A stretch of DNA of 63,671 nucleotides, the filler included, from Olpidium bornovanus S191 (Eukaryota > Fungi > Olpidiomycota): the NCBI GenBank assembly GCA_017911155.1. It is 32 parts of 32 records of this genome, joined end to end, with 100 filler letters (N's around TTAATTAATTAA, not from the genome) between each part and the next. Parts side by side here need not be neighbours in the genome. Positions count along the whole stretch, not along the records: positions 49,517 to 50,794 come from JAEFCI010007410.1; positions 50,895 to 52,446 come from JAEFCI010008894.1; positions 52,547 to 54,398 come from JAEFCI010005809.1; positions 54,499 to 56,066 come from JAEFCI010003080.1; positions 56,167 to 57,562 come from JAEFCI010011273.1; positions 57,663 to 59,170 come from JAEFCI010005608.1; positions 59,271 to 62,229 come from JAEFCI010007703.1; 25 more parts are not named here. One strand, written 5' to 3'. Each line of letters opens with the position of its first letter. Within the stretch, counting starts at the first letter, position 1. Below the pieces are notes generated by a model, which was not told the origin of the DNA, made no database searches, and was given only the letters and a program-made list of their open reading frames with translations. Positions 49,579-61,909 of this stretch are shown here, piece after piece. The position numbers and the translations under genes were made by a program.

Positions 49579-50722
49579 TGCAGGGCAGCTGCCACTGTGG
49601 AGCGGTCGCCTTCGTGTGCAAAAGCCACACGCCGGTGGGATCCCCGTGTCGAGCCGCCCGGTCGACGGGGGGAAGGCCTTCTACCCCGTTTCCCTTTCCT
49701 CTTCCCTCCTCCAGCCGGCGCGCGCGCGCGTTCAGCCCCTCAAATTGACCGCTTTCTCGGCCCCATCCTTTTTGTCCGCGGCGTTCCTTTCCTGCAACGC
49801 TGCGGCCGGGGCCCTTAACCACGAAAGTATCCCGTAAGTTAGACTGCGGGGCATGGTGCCGTCAGGCGCGTCTTTTGAGGAAAAAAAGGTGTTCTTTTTC
49901 CCCCGCCAACGCCATCGTAACGAGTGCTCCTCGGCCCAACGCAGTACATGTACTGTTACTGCAGGTAAATTGCGCCCGGCCACGCCGGCGCGTGCGTGAA
50001 TAAGTTGGGTCGCGTTTTGCCAAACGTCTGAGCTTCGTTCACCCTCCCTTGCAAGCATCTGCCGCAAGTGCCAAGGCGGCTCGGGACCAAGCGTCAATAT
50101 AATGGCTCAGGTAGCCCTAGCCCTCCGATCGTCCTTTTTCCGGCTGGCGAAAATAACCCTGACGAACTTACCGACCGGCCTGTCACAGAAAGAAAGCTTC
50201 AAGTATGTCACAGGCGAGGTTCACGTGCGGTGAGTGTGTTTTCTTTTTGTTTGTTTGACTTGGTTGCGGCTTTAGTCGTTCTGCCGTGCTGCCTACGCCG
50301 GCCTCCGACGTCCAGGCGCCGCTTTCCCCGGTTGCTGACTTTGCGCCTTTGCCTGTTTTTCCGGTCGCTGGCGACAGCGGATATCGAGCGGCTATTAACC
50401 GCGACAAGCCGGACGAGGAGCCCGTTCTCTGGTCAGTGCTTTTGGAGGACCAAACTTGAAACGAAGCGCAGATTTCGAGATCCCCAGAACGGCCCACCTT
50501 CCCCTTCTCCCCCAACCCACCCCCCCACTTAGCGGCAATACCCGATATTTCTGCACCAACTGCGGATCCATGCTGTACGCATACGACCCAAAGTGGAAGG
50601 AATGGGTACGCACCAGACGAGCGGCGGGACCAAAAAGCATCTGGTCATTTTCGAACGCCGTCTTACGTCCGGGTCACGTCTCTTCACCAGATATATCCGT
50701 TCGCGTCGGCGATTGACACCCG
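49576..50722 (+). CDS. GFA/CENP-V (Mss4-like) zinc-binding protein, many small exons
   Basis: GSCHCGAVAFVCKSHTP|YP|YMYCYCS|ICRKCQGG...YRAA...RYFCTNCGSMLYAYDPKWKEW|IYPFASAIDT. Confidence 0.88.
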
Positions 50723-50894
50723 TGAGCTCTGCCGGTTGAAAAAGCGCCTTGGCTCATCACGCCGAGCTGGGAACGGTTTGCTGATGTCATATCANNNNNN
50801 NNNNNNNNNNNNNNNNNNNNNNNNNNNNNNNNNNNNNNTTAATTAATTAANNNNNNNNNNNNNNNNNNNNNNNNNNNNNNNNNNNNNNNNNNNN

Positions 50895-50968
<74 letters not shown>

Positions 50969-51034
50969 CACGCACGCAGTTACGCACACGCACAACCGAT
51001 CGCCGCGAGCTTTTCTCCATTCTATTTTTCTTCC

Positions 51035-51103
<69 letters not shown>
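50895..51103 (+). repeat. Compound microsatellite: (CA)n 50895-50965 and (CT)n 51034-51103
   Basis: Seen directly. Confidence 0.97.
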
Positions 51104-51105
<2 letters not shown>

Positions 51106-51739
51106 CCTTCTTCTCTGCCCCTCTCTCGTCGCTTTGCTCTACCGAAACTCGTCCCCCCGCTGGTGGGGGGGGGGAAGGTTAGGGAAGGGTTGCGCCCGAG
51201 TGATATGTATGAAGTTCGGAGCCTAGGAAGGTGAACTGTTCTCTCTTTCGGCGGCGTCCCGGTGCTGCCCCTCGTCATCTGCTCCGCGTCTCTGCTTTCT
51301 TGCTTGGGCAGGTGAAAGAGGAAAAAAATAAAAAAAGGGAAGGAAAAAACTTGGCAGCGGGACCGGCTCTTGACACGGGAGGGGCGGGCGAACGCGCGCG
51401 CTCGCAGTGCTGTGGAAAGGAGAGCCCGTCTCCTTCTTTTTATTCCTTCTGCACGAGCCTGTAGAATAGAGGGGGGGGGTGCTGAGCCGTAGGCGCACTG
51501 CGCGCACGCAGCCCGCGTTACCCCTGCGTAGATCCCTTAGTCGCCACCATATAATATGAAGCCAGGGGAAACTAGTAAACAAACGCCTCGAATAGAGCTC
51601 TCCTTCCCGTTCTTTCGGTCTCGCAAAGACCGGGGCGCGAAGCCTATCGAGAGAGTCTGTATTGTCCAATACGTCCAGAATGACGGGACTGTCGGAAAAG
51701 TCCAAAAGAATGTGGACTCCTTTCTGCTATGACGAGAAC

Positions 51740-52400
51740 AAGTAAAGGAAGAGAAGCGGTGCAGTGAACGTGAAATTGCCGATGCGGAAATGGCCACCGT
51801 ACACGACAGGGTGGCCTCCCTACAAAGGGAAAAGGCCGCCATGGAAGACAGACTCCAAGACTACCTCCAAGACACGGTTGAAGAGTTGGTCAGCTCGGAC
51901 CTGTACCCAGACGATGAAAACCACGACCGCAGCCCTTACCGGGCGCGTCGAGCACCATGGGAGTGCTGATTCCAAACCTTCGGACCTCGTCGTTAGAGCG
52001 CTACTGGCCTCCATCCCACAATTTGCTGGTCCAGGAGGGGCGGTGTCCGTCACCGACTTCATAAAATGAATGAAGACGGCCATGGAAGCCGGGCACTTCA
52101 CCCCGGCGGAGGCCCTGGCGCTAGCTACCAATAAGCTAAGCAGACAAGCAAGTCTCCTTTGCAGAAGCCAGTCTTAGGACTACCGGCGCGGCAGCCATGG
52201 TCGTTGGACAAAATGGGAAGAGCTGCGGGACGCCCTTTACCAACAGTACCACTTGCATGAACACCAACAAACGACCATGAAGGATCTGGCAAACTTATCC
52301 CAGGCAAAGTGCGACAGGGACATCAAAAAGTACATTAAAACATTCAAACTCCCTTGTATCTCCAGATCCCCATTCCAAAGGACAGACAATTCTGGGCGAT
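51740..52400 (+). mobile_element. Degenerate Ty3/gypsy-like gag remnant
   Basis: Coiled coil (VASLQREKAAMEDRLQDYL), then LLASIPQFAG...SVTDFIK*, LATNKLR, WEELRDALYQQY and MKDLANLSQ...IKKYIKTF; in-frame stops. Confidence 0.7.
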
Positions 52401-52860
52401 GAGGTTCCACTCAGGGCTAAGCTGTGACCGAAAAATACGCGTCATGNNNNNNNNNNNNNNNNNNNNNNNNNNNNNNNNNNNNNNNNNNNNTTAATTAATT
52501 AANNNNNNNNNNNNNNNNNNNNNNNNNNNNNNNNNNNNNNNNNNNNCCCCCCCCCCCCCCCCCCCCCTTCCTCCCCGACCAACCCTCGGCCACGAGGAAC
52601 AAGCGCCCGCTTCAAGGTGGGCGGCTTTGGAAGAGGAGAAGGGGGTGTGGGGCGGGGGCAACCGCGGCGGTAGCGGGGCGCTCTCGCGGGTTCCCCCCTC
52701 ACCAAAACCTTCCCGGCGCAACGCCCCCATCCCTCCCGACCGCTCTCCGGGGTAAAGGGGTGTTCCGCGCAGCTTCGCGTCGTTTCTTTCGTCGCCGCCC
52801 TCACCTCTGCTGGAGGCCGTTCATGGCGGGGGAAGGCAGAAGAATGAAAGCCGCCCCGGG

Positions 52861-52894
<34 letters not shown>

Positions 52895-53199
52895 CGGGGG
52901 GGGGGGGGGGAGGGGCCAGGACCGGGAAAAGCGAGGGGTCGCCTCCGCCAACGGGTTATTGGAAACCTCCGGAAGGAGTGTCCCTCCCTTCCCCCCCCCC
53001 CAAACCCGTCGGAAGTTTTTCGGTGCGCCGGAAACAGCATCGGAAGCTCTCCGCGTTGATCCCGCACGAAACGCGGCAAACCGGGTCCTGCGACGCTCTG
53101 CTGATATTTCTGTCTGCGGTTTTTTCTCTCACGTACCACCCATCCACGCACACACACGCGTACACACCGCCTCCGCTCCTTCCCCCCGGTTTCGTCACG

Positions 53200-53731
53200 T
53201 TCGCCGGCGGCAGCTCGCAGTTGCAGGCGGTAAGCGTCCTGTTTTCTTTCTCTTTATTTTTTTTTTCCTCCGCTAGGCTTGTGCGCAGGCCCGGCGAAAC
53301 GGCGTCACATATCTGCGGAGCGTCACTGACATCCCCCCGGTTTTTTTTTTTACGTCGGGAACCGACTCGCTTTCGTTGTAAAGCTCATCGAGGAGAAGCA
53401 GGTGACGAGCGAGTTTGATGCGTTTTGCAACGTTCGGATCGGCTTCGGTTTTTTTTTTGTTGCCTCGGCGGTTCCCGACGAGCCGGAAGCTTCGGCGTGC
53501 ACGGCCGTTTGACCTCCGCGCCATTCACTGGAAACCTTTCTGCGGACCAGATGCGTGACTTCATGAAGATGTACGCCGGGCTCGTCGAGCGGTGCTTTAA
53601 CGACTGCGCGAACGACATGACGTCGAAAGTGTTGTCGTCAAAGGAAGTGAGTGTTCGAGTGCCCGGCCGGGAAGAAAATGCCCGCCGCAGGGGTCGGGGC
53701 GGTTAGAAGTCCGCCCCTTCCCGCCGTGTCC

Positions 53732-53766
<35 letters not shown>

Positions 53767-54121
53767 CCCCCTTCTTTTCCAGCTAGTCTGCTTCGACCGA
53801 GTGCGGGAACGTCTTCACCGTTACTCACACGCCCATTTTGGGGTTTTGGGGTGGTGGGAATTTTTGTATGTTCGATCTGTCCGATAAGGAAGGATGCGTC
53901 ACCAAGTGCTTCCAAAAGTACTTCAAACTTTCGGAGGTGAGTTAACCCGCTGAAAAAAGGAAAAAATGGGGCGGCGGGGCGCCGGCCGTTTTGGAGAACG
54001 GCGCCGTCGGTTGCGCGCAGGAGCGGAAACCGCTCACGGACGTTTCGCCCCGTACCAGCGCGCGGGCCAGCGATTCGCGGAGCACATGGCGGAGCAAGAG
54101 CAGGCAGCACAGCAGCCATAG
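53200..54121 (+). CDS. TIM9: Mitochondrial intermembrane chaperone Tim9 (start not located)
   Basis: LIEEKQ|[32 protein letters not shown]|[16 protein letters not shown]|RAGQRFAE, a twin CX3C motif. Confidence 0.93.
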
Positions 54122-54498
54122 AGCGCGGCCACTCACGTCTAATCTGCTTTTAGAGCGGCGCTACCACAGAATGCCGTCCCGTTATCCCGAGCCCACGCCG
54201 ATCACCCCGTTTTGTATATGGTTATCAAAAAAAGGCGAACTACAGCAACTCCGCGCGGCGTGTTTTTTCCAGTTTGTCATGCTGCTAGCGAAGTGGGAGG
54301 CGGGTGGCGGGCAATTCGGCGACGGCCCGTTAATGTGCATCATCCGGCGACCGACGCTTTCATCATATCGAGAGTTTCGAATGCGTCCGTGGCAGCCCNN
54401 NNNNNNNNNNNNNNNNNNNNNNNNNNNNNNNNNNNNNNNNNNTTAATTAATTAANNNNNNNNNNNNNNNNNNNNNNNNNNNNNNNNNNNNNNNNNNNN

Positions 54499-55617
54499 CA
54501 GGTTCCCAGGTGCAACGGTTTGCTCCTGGTGTGGGCGTTACGCTCATCGGCCCGGGCGCGGAAAACCCGAATGAGTGACTGCGGTCCGCGGCCTCCTCTC
54601 GCGTGAAGATCGGACAACCGTGATAGGCTCCATGATAAACGGCTACCTGAGCAACACGCACGACCTGGACGACAGAGCCGTGCACCTGCTCTTCTCCGCT
54701 AACCGCTGGGAAGCCATGTACGCCCCTGCGGGATGTTCACGCATCTCAGTGCGCGAAGAAGGACTTCGCTGGCCGATATTTTTATCTAATTTTCAGGTTT
54801 GCCGAACATCCCGAAAAACAAAACCTTGCACCAGGAAATCGATGTCGGAGTCTCTCAAAAAAGGCGTTACTCTCGTTGTTGACCGTTACGCCTTCTCCGG
54901 CGTGGCCTTCTCGGCGGCCAAAGTGCGTTTCGGCGTCCGGCGCGGCATCCCCTCCTACGTTGAGAATCCGTTGGGCTTTTGGCGGATCTCTATTTTTTTT
55001 GTTGTTTGTGTGTTTGTTTGGACCGTCAAGGCTTCTTTGCTTTTTTAATTTCAAGCCTTTCTTCTTCTTTTTTTTTCTTCTCTTTTACAGGGTTTGGATG
55101 TCGAATGGTGCAAGGCTCCAGACCGCGGCCTGCTGACGCCGGACCTTGTGTTCTACCTCGACCTGAACACGTCGGACGCCGTGTCAAGGGGAGGGTTCGG
55201 TAACGAGCGGTACGAGACGTTTGCGTTCCAAGAGGCCGTCAGAAAGGTTTTCCACCTTCTTCGAACGGACGAGTGGAACGTGCGTTCTCTTCCACGTTTA
55301 ATGTTTGGTCTGTTTGAGCAGAGCCCCGGCTAACTGTGGTTTGCGGGGCGGTGAAATTCCGTCTTCCCCTTCCCCCCGCCCCCCACCCCCCACCCCCTAC
55401 CTCCGTCATTCATTAAAAACAATTCGCGCGGGTTTTTTTCCCCCAGGTCATCGACGCGCGGCAGTCGGAAGACCAGGTCTTTGACCAAATCCGGACCGCT
55501 GTCGACGCGAAGCTCGAACGCGCAGCACGAAGCGAACTCACAATGGGCCTGTGGCTTTCCGCCGGGCAAGAAGAGCAACGGTCCGACGAGGTCGACCCAA
55601 TAACGCGCCGCCCTTGA
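54499..55617 (+). CDS. CDC8: Thymidylate kinase, 5' truncated
   Basis: RFP|DRTTVIG; HLLFSANRWE; LVVDRYAFSGVAFSAAK; PDRGLLTPDLVFYLD; FGNERYE. Confidence 0.96.
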
Positions 55618-56166
55618 GCCTGTTGACTTTCCGTAAAAACAAAAAAATATTCATTTGTGAAAGGAGAGAGGAAGCTACAACTCCGCCAATATGCTCCGCA
55701 AAAGCTAACACACGCAGCGAGACCGGGGAGGCTCGATTTCTAATTAAGTACCGCGCGGCGTGTGTTCTGCCACACGCACGCCTGGAAACGATCGCCGGAA
55801 AAATTGAGATGCGTGTGACTTTCTGACGTTGGGCCGTTTACCCTCGTGGAAGCAGTAGGAGCATTTTCTCTCTTTCTAAATGTTGTCCTTCTTCCCCACC
55901 TCCCCCGCCTCCCGCCGTCGCCGCTCTTCTCCCGTTGGCCACCTACGCAAATGGAGCGCTGTAGCAGCATCGGTTTTCCCCGCGGCCGCTTACACCGCGG
56001 GAATCGATGCTAGTATTCTGGTACTGGTAGCAGCAGTTATTATTTACAGTATGTGCTGTTGGCATGNNNNNNNNNNNNNNNNNNNNNNNNNNNNNNNNNN
56101 NNNNNNNNNNTTAATTAATTAANNNNNNNNNNNNNNNNNNNNNNNNNNNNNNNNNNNNNNNNNNNN

Positions 56167-57500
56167 GGAATGGGGTTAAGTCAGTCGAGATCCTATCAAA
56201 GTGCGAAGGCGGCGCGGGACAACTGTACCTCTAAGCATTGATGGCGTTCTTCTTCTGTAATTTTCATGTCACTGGAACATCTTGAAGCGTTAGCGAGGGC
56301 TTCGAACTGGCGGTGCACCAAATAAGCCGTTTGGTTCTTTTTTTTTTCTGGCATACCAGAAGTCGCAGACCACGGCGCCTTCAAACACCACGGCGGGGGT
56401 AATTGGAAACGGGATGCACTTGAAGCTGTGTGTTGAATGATGTCCCTTCGCCTTGCACGGATCGCACAAGTCGTAGTCTTCGCACATCAGGCACTGGGGT
56501 GTTGCAACGGCGGAACGTGCCAGTGGAGGGCGGGATGTCATAAACGTCATCGGGCGGGAACGAGTCGTTAACGTCGGGACGTCAAATGTCGCCGGCGCGG
56601 GAACGCGTCGTTAGTGGCGGGATGTCACACGTCACCGGCGCGCGGCTTCGTGATCTTCACCTTAAACCGAGGCCCTCGAACCGTCGTATCGCAGACATCG
56701 CAGACCACTCCGTAATGCATCACCGCCGACGAACTGTTGGCCTCGACTGAAGCGGGGGCGCAGATCAGCCGAAAGGCACAAGGCTATCGGCACGGCGTGC
56801 GGGACGCGGCAGATTTATTTTTTTTTTTTTCGGGCTCACAGTGTCTGTAACGCGTACCGTGAGTTTGGAAGTGGCTCTCGTGAACCCGGCCGGCGTGTCG
56901 GCGCCCTCCGCCGGCGGCGGCGGCGGCGGCACGCAACTGGCTCCTCGTGTTTCGGCGGGGAAACGAACCGGGAAGCTGTACCGGGCCGCACTCCCTCCTC
57001 GGGTGGAGACGGTCCTCGGGCGGGATCGCGGACCTCGCCTGAGCGGCGGCGGATGCCTGCATCCTTTTGGCGTTGCCTGACAAAGACGCGGAGGAGGGGG
57101 GGGGGGACCGGCGAGCACGCGCGCAGTCGTCGGCAGCCCGTCCCCGTCCCGGTTCGGGGTTTCCCGGCTGGAGAAGCTTCGCAGAGGCGGCTCGGAGGGC
57201 GGCGGCGGGAAAAAAGCCTGCTCGAACACCGCGCGTTCCGCAGCACGCGGCACGTGCTGGACGCGCAAAACCCCCCACCCTCTCCACTCCCCAACCCACA
57301 CCCCCCCTTCCCCTCACCCCCACCCCCACCGTCGGTCCCCCTTCCCTCCGCCCCCCCTTCCCCGCCCCCTCGCCCGCCCCCGGGACGATCGCGAGACCTT
57401 TCCCCGCGCGGGCCCTTGCCCAGTTTCGGCCGCAGCTGTAGCATGGGCCCACCACTTTTGAACGGCCTCCTGGTTTTTTTTTTGTTCTTACAAACTCCGA
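56167..57500 (-). CDS. ZZ-type zinc finger protein (NBR1/p62-like candidate), internal part
   Basis: HYGVVCDVCDTTVRGPRFK|CLMCEDYDLCDPCKAKGHHSTHSF is a complete ZZ domain, followed by a second CDF start. Confidence 0.8.
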
Positions 57501-58416
57501 CCGCCGCTTTGGAGGTTGTAGGGGGGGCGGGGCTTGAGAAGACCGCCCGCAGTTGGAATTGANNNNNNNNNNNNNNNNNNNNNNNNNNNNNNNNNNNNNN
57601 NNNNNNTTAATTAATTAANNNNNNNNNNNNNNNNNNNNNNNNNNNNNNNNNNNNNNNNNNNNGCGCGGGGAAAGGTCTGTGCCTGTGCGGCGGCGACGGC
57701 GGCAGCGCCGGCGGCGGCCAGTTCAGCGCGGCCTTTGGCGGTTTCCGCTGCGCTGGGATTGCACGCGTCGGGTTCCTACATGGCTGGGCCTTTGGGCGCT
57801 GCCTCCCATGTCGGATTTTCCTTCGAGGGCGGGCCGACGGGCGGTAAGAGCGTAACCCCTGCGGAAAAAAAAAAAAAAAAAAAAAAACCGCCCGCGCCCG
57901 CAACATCCCCCCCCCCGCCCGGCAAAGGGACTCCAAAAAAAAAAAAGGCAAGAGGGGGAGAACCCACGACCAGCCCCGTCCCATCCCAGTCGCCGTCCCA
58001 TCCCATCCCTGACCCCGCCGGCGGCCCGTTCATCCGACGGAGACCGGGAATCCACCCCTCCCCAGTAGCCGGCCTTGACGCTTTTGCCGCGGATTTCCTG
58101 CCCGCCGGCCGCTGTCGGTCGAGCTTTTTCGTCCATCTTTCGGTCGAAACTGCTGAGAGCGGCCCCTGGCCAGCCAGCGGATGCTTCCGGCGCAGTTAAA
58201 GCGCAGCCGAACGGGCCGGGGGGTGGGGGAAAGGGGGGGGGGCCTGGCCAGATCCCTTCAATTGGACTCTTCCACTTTCCTTTCTGAAGAGGGCGCTGGA
58301 CTGGTTGACGAACGGTGTCGGCGTGCGGCCGAGAACCTGACCACGTGCCCGTGCGCTTGCGCCTATGGTGCTTGCTTTCGTTTTGTTTTTGACGGTCTTC
58401 CAGGAGGTTAGCCAAA

Positions 58417-59170
58417 ATGGGACGCGTTATCCGTTCACAGCGCAAGGGTCCGGGGGGGATTTTCAAGGCAGTTACTCGGCTGCGAGTCGGTGCCGCCAAG
58501 ATTCGCCCGTTGGACTACGCCGAACGCAACGGCTACATTCGTGGCATCGTCAAGGAGATTGTTCACGACCCCGGCCGTGGCGCGCCGCTTGCAAAGGTTC
58601 AGTTCCGTGACCCTTACCGGTGAGCTCGGGTTCTGTCCGCCTCGAGAAAGCGGCGGCGTTTTGGCGCCCGCTTTTGCTTTCCAAGAAAGATCGTGCATTG
58701 TGACCCCCGCTCCGGGACTTTTCCCACCAGGTACAAGAAGATTACTCAGATTTTCATTGCCACGGAGGGCATGTACACCGGCCAGTTCATTTACTGCGGG
58801 AAGAAGGCCGCCCTCACCGTTGGAAACGTCCTCCCGCTGGCTTCCATGCCTGAGGGCACGATCGTCAGCAACGTCGAAGAGAAAGTTGGTGACCGGGGCG
58901 CGCTCGCGCGTACCTCCGGCAACTACGCCACCGTCATCGGCCACAACCCGGACGAGGGCAAGACCCGAGTGAAGCTTCCCTCCGGCGCGAAAAAGGTTAT
59001 CTCCTCCCGGTGCCGCGCGACCGTTGGGATCGTTGCCGGCGGAGGGCGTATCGACAAGCCGCTCCTTAAGGCCGGACGCGCCTACCACAAGTACAAGGTC
59101 AAGCGGAACTCCTGGCCCAAGACCCGCGGTGTTGCCATGAACCCCGTCGACCACCCGCACGGAGGTGGTA
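58417..59170 (+). CDS. RPL2: 60S ribosomal protein L2/L8 (uL2), 3' truncated, one intron at about 58620-58730
   Basis: [11 protein letters not shown]...[11 protein letters not shown]...[14 protein letters not shown]. Confidence 0.99.
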
Positions 59171-59270
59171 NNNNNNNNNNNNNNNNNNNNNNNNNNNNNN
59201 NNNNNNNNNNNNNNTTAATTAATTAANNNNNNNNNNNNNNNNNNNNNNNNNNNNNNNNNNNNNNNNNNNN

Positions 59271-61065
59271 CATGGGCGAGCTGCTCGCGGAAGAGCTCGA
59301 ACTCCTCGCGAACTTCCGAGAGCGAATGCCGGGCGCTACTATCCGACGGCGGAGATGATGAAGAAGATGATGTAGAAGAAGACGACGACGACGACGAGGA
59401 CGATGGCGAAGAAAGCGAAAGCGGGGACTGCGACTGCGACTGCGACTGCGACTGCGACTGCGACTGCGACTGCGACTGCGACTGCGACTGCGACTGCGGC
59501 GGCTGCAACTTCGACTTCGACTGCAACTGCAATCCCAACGGCGAATACGACTTCGACTGGGGACGCGTTTGCGGCTGCGTTTGCGGCTGCGTTTGCGGCT
59601 GCGTTTGCGGCTGCGTCGCATCTCCCGTCTGTCCAGCGTGTAACCTTTTCGATCGCGTCGGAATCTCAGATTGGACGGCGACCGCAACTGAAAGCTTTGG
59701 GGCTGCTAAAGAAGACTTCAGCCGCTGAACCGGACGCGCAGCCGGAGCTGAAGCGGGAGGCGAGATCACTGGGTCGGTCTGAATGGAGATCGTTTTTTTC
59801 ACTCTGGAGTTGACCACGTGCGGGGAACTGGCGTCAGCAGTCGCCGGCCCCGGCATATCGCTCGGCCGCGCAGCTGGCGAGCCAATCTGCTCATCCACGG
59901 ACGTGATAAGCTCGGCTGAGTCATGCCGGGACAGTGACCGTGCGTGCTTCGCCGTACGAACAGATTCATAAGCCTGCCCCGCAGAAGAATGGTTGGGCTC
60001 CTCGGTTGCAGCTGCGGGAACCTCTTCGTGACGGCGGACGTCACGTTCGACCGCAACGGCCACCTGCGGCCGCTGCGTCCTCCGCGCAGATTGAACGCGG
60101 ACAGTCGCCTCCCGCTTGACCTCCCGTGCAAATTGGGCCCTGATCCTCGCTCTGGCAGCCGCCTTTTCCGCTGCCTCCTTCTTTTGCTGCTCGACCATCT
60201 TCCTGCACGCCTCCTCTAGCGCGCGGTCGGCGGTCCGTACATTCTCAAACGGGTCCATCTCCCTTTCCCAGGTCCGCGGCCTGAGTCCCGTGATCGTCCT
60301 GGCAGGAGGATTGATAAACTTCGGCGGCGAGACCCGGAAAGGCGGTCGGTCGCGGCGAGCTTGGCCCCGGGTACCGTCGCCACTGTGGCGAGCTGTTAAA
60401 ACTTCCAGCGCTTGTCCTAGGACACGCCCCAGTTCCGCCCGCCTTCCCAAATAGGCTTGACCGGCGGACCAGTCTCCGGGTAAAGAGATCCCTGCGGCGT
60501 CGCTTCCAAAACGCGCGCCTGCGCGTTCTGCTTGCAGCCTGTCGGTCGCCTGGTAATGCGGTTGGCGCATCGCGTGCAGGGCCTGTCCACGCCTCGACGG
60601 GTTTCCCCGCCATTTCTGGTTATCGCCGCCTCTGCGAAAGAGATCCCGAGGAAAACGCCCTACAGCAACCTCGCCGTGGCTCTCGCTCGCCGGAGCGAGA
60701 AGCGGCGGTGGCTCCTCCACCTGGGAGTTAGCGGCGCAGGCCTCCGCGCCGCCGCCGTCATCGGGTTCTCCGTGGGCCGCAACGACGCGGTCTTCCGAGT
60801 ATGCATATTCGTCTGGCAGATTGCGGGGCCGGTAGGGGCCGGAGGAGTCTCTGGTCCTCAGGTCAGCCACGGCAACCTTCCTTGCCAGCTCGAGGACCCT
60901 CCGCGTGCTCGCCCCTGTCCCGCTCTGCGACCGGGAACTTCGCAGCGGCGCTCGATCGTGGCGGTGCTCACGACGTTGCACTTCACCGACCATGTGGGAC
61001 GCCACGCGCGGGCAAATGCCGACCGGCGAGCGAAAGTGTGCCGAGATGACAGGACAATGGGGCAC
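59271..61065 (-). CDS. Long, largely disordered hypothetical protein with a coiled coil and SQ/QPQT/poly-S tracts; 3' truncated
   Basis: ORF of about 600 aa; EEACRKMVEQQKKEAAEKAAARARIRAQF is helical; no family recognised; start uncertain. Confidence 0.6.
59426..59497 (-). repeat. (CAGTCG)12 hexamer encoding (SQ)n; a nearby 12-bp repeat at 59566-59613 encodes (QPQT)n
   Basis: Seen directly. Confidence 0.95.
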
Positions 61066-61739
61066 CGAATTCGCACGGGCACTGCCAGCCCCGTTCCACC
61101 TGCCGACCTTCGGCGCGCGCGCTCGTCGCGTCCGTTTGTTCCCCGGAAGTAGGCAGGGACGCGGCTCGTCGTTGCTGAGAAAAACGCCCAGTCACTTTTT
61201 CTAAGACTGGCCCCTCCAACGTCACGGCGGAGCCCGTGCCAGTAGTAAACAAGCCCGACACCCCGCGGTGCCTGACCGACGGATCCGGAGCCCTCCCTTG
61301 AGGACATGCTCCTTCGCCGCTGCTGTCCGACAACGCGCCACGGTTCCTCGTCGCGCGGGAAGCCTGCTTGCGGTGGCAAAGATTGGCGTCTCGCAGAAAG
61401 TATTTCGGGGACCCGCCGCAGGATCCGCCCGCGTTGATTTTACTGATTAAACGCCGGATTCATCGAAAGGCCCCAGTCTGGAGCGTCAACTGCGCTGTCT
61501 CTTCTCCTAACTTGGCTAGCGCGCGAGGCAGAGTGACCGCGCAGCTCCGCGCTACTGAGTCCCAGCAAACCGCCAGAGCGCGTCAACGTTGACGTCGATC
61601 GTAGACGTTGCTTTCGTTTTCTCCGCCAACGTCTGGCACTTGCTACTTACAGTCTTAGATCTGGTACAGGGATGCTACCGCGCCATGCTGGGCCCTAATG
61701 ACTCTTGCACGTCGCATAGCCGTCATAAATGGACGCTCG

Positions 61740-61909
61740 TCAGCTACAGTCACTACATGGATGAATCTTATCTAAAGCGAATGACGTCAGTGTGCGTTGC
61801 GTACTTGGATCATATCTCTACCTCATCAGGTGGAGTCGATGAACTAGCCGCGCACGACATCTTGCCGTCAAGTGAGTGGGACATGCAAAACGCCCGCATA
61901 ATCCTCTAA
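61740..61909 (+). mobile_element. Possible decayed copia gag (UBN2-like) fragment
   Basis: YMDESYLKRMTSVCVAYL...GGVDELAAHDILPSSEWD loosely fits the copia gag helix pattern. Confidence 0.3.
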
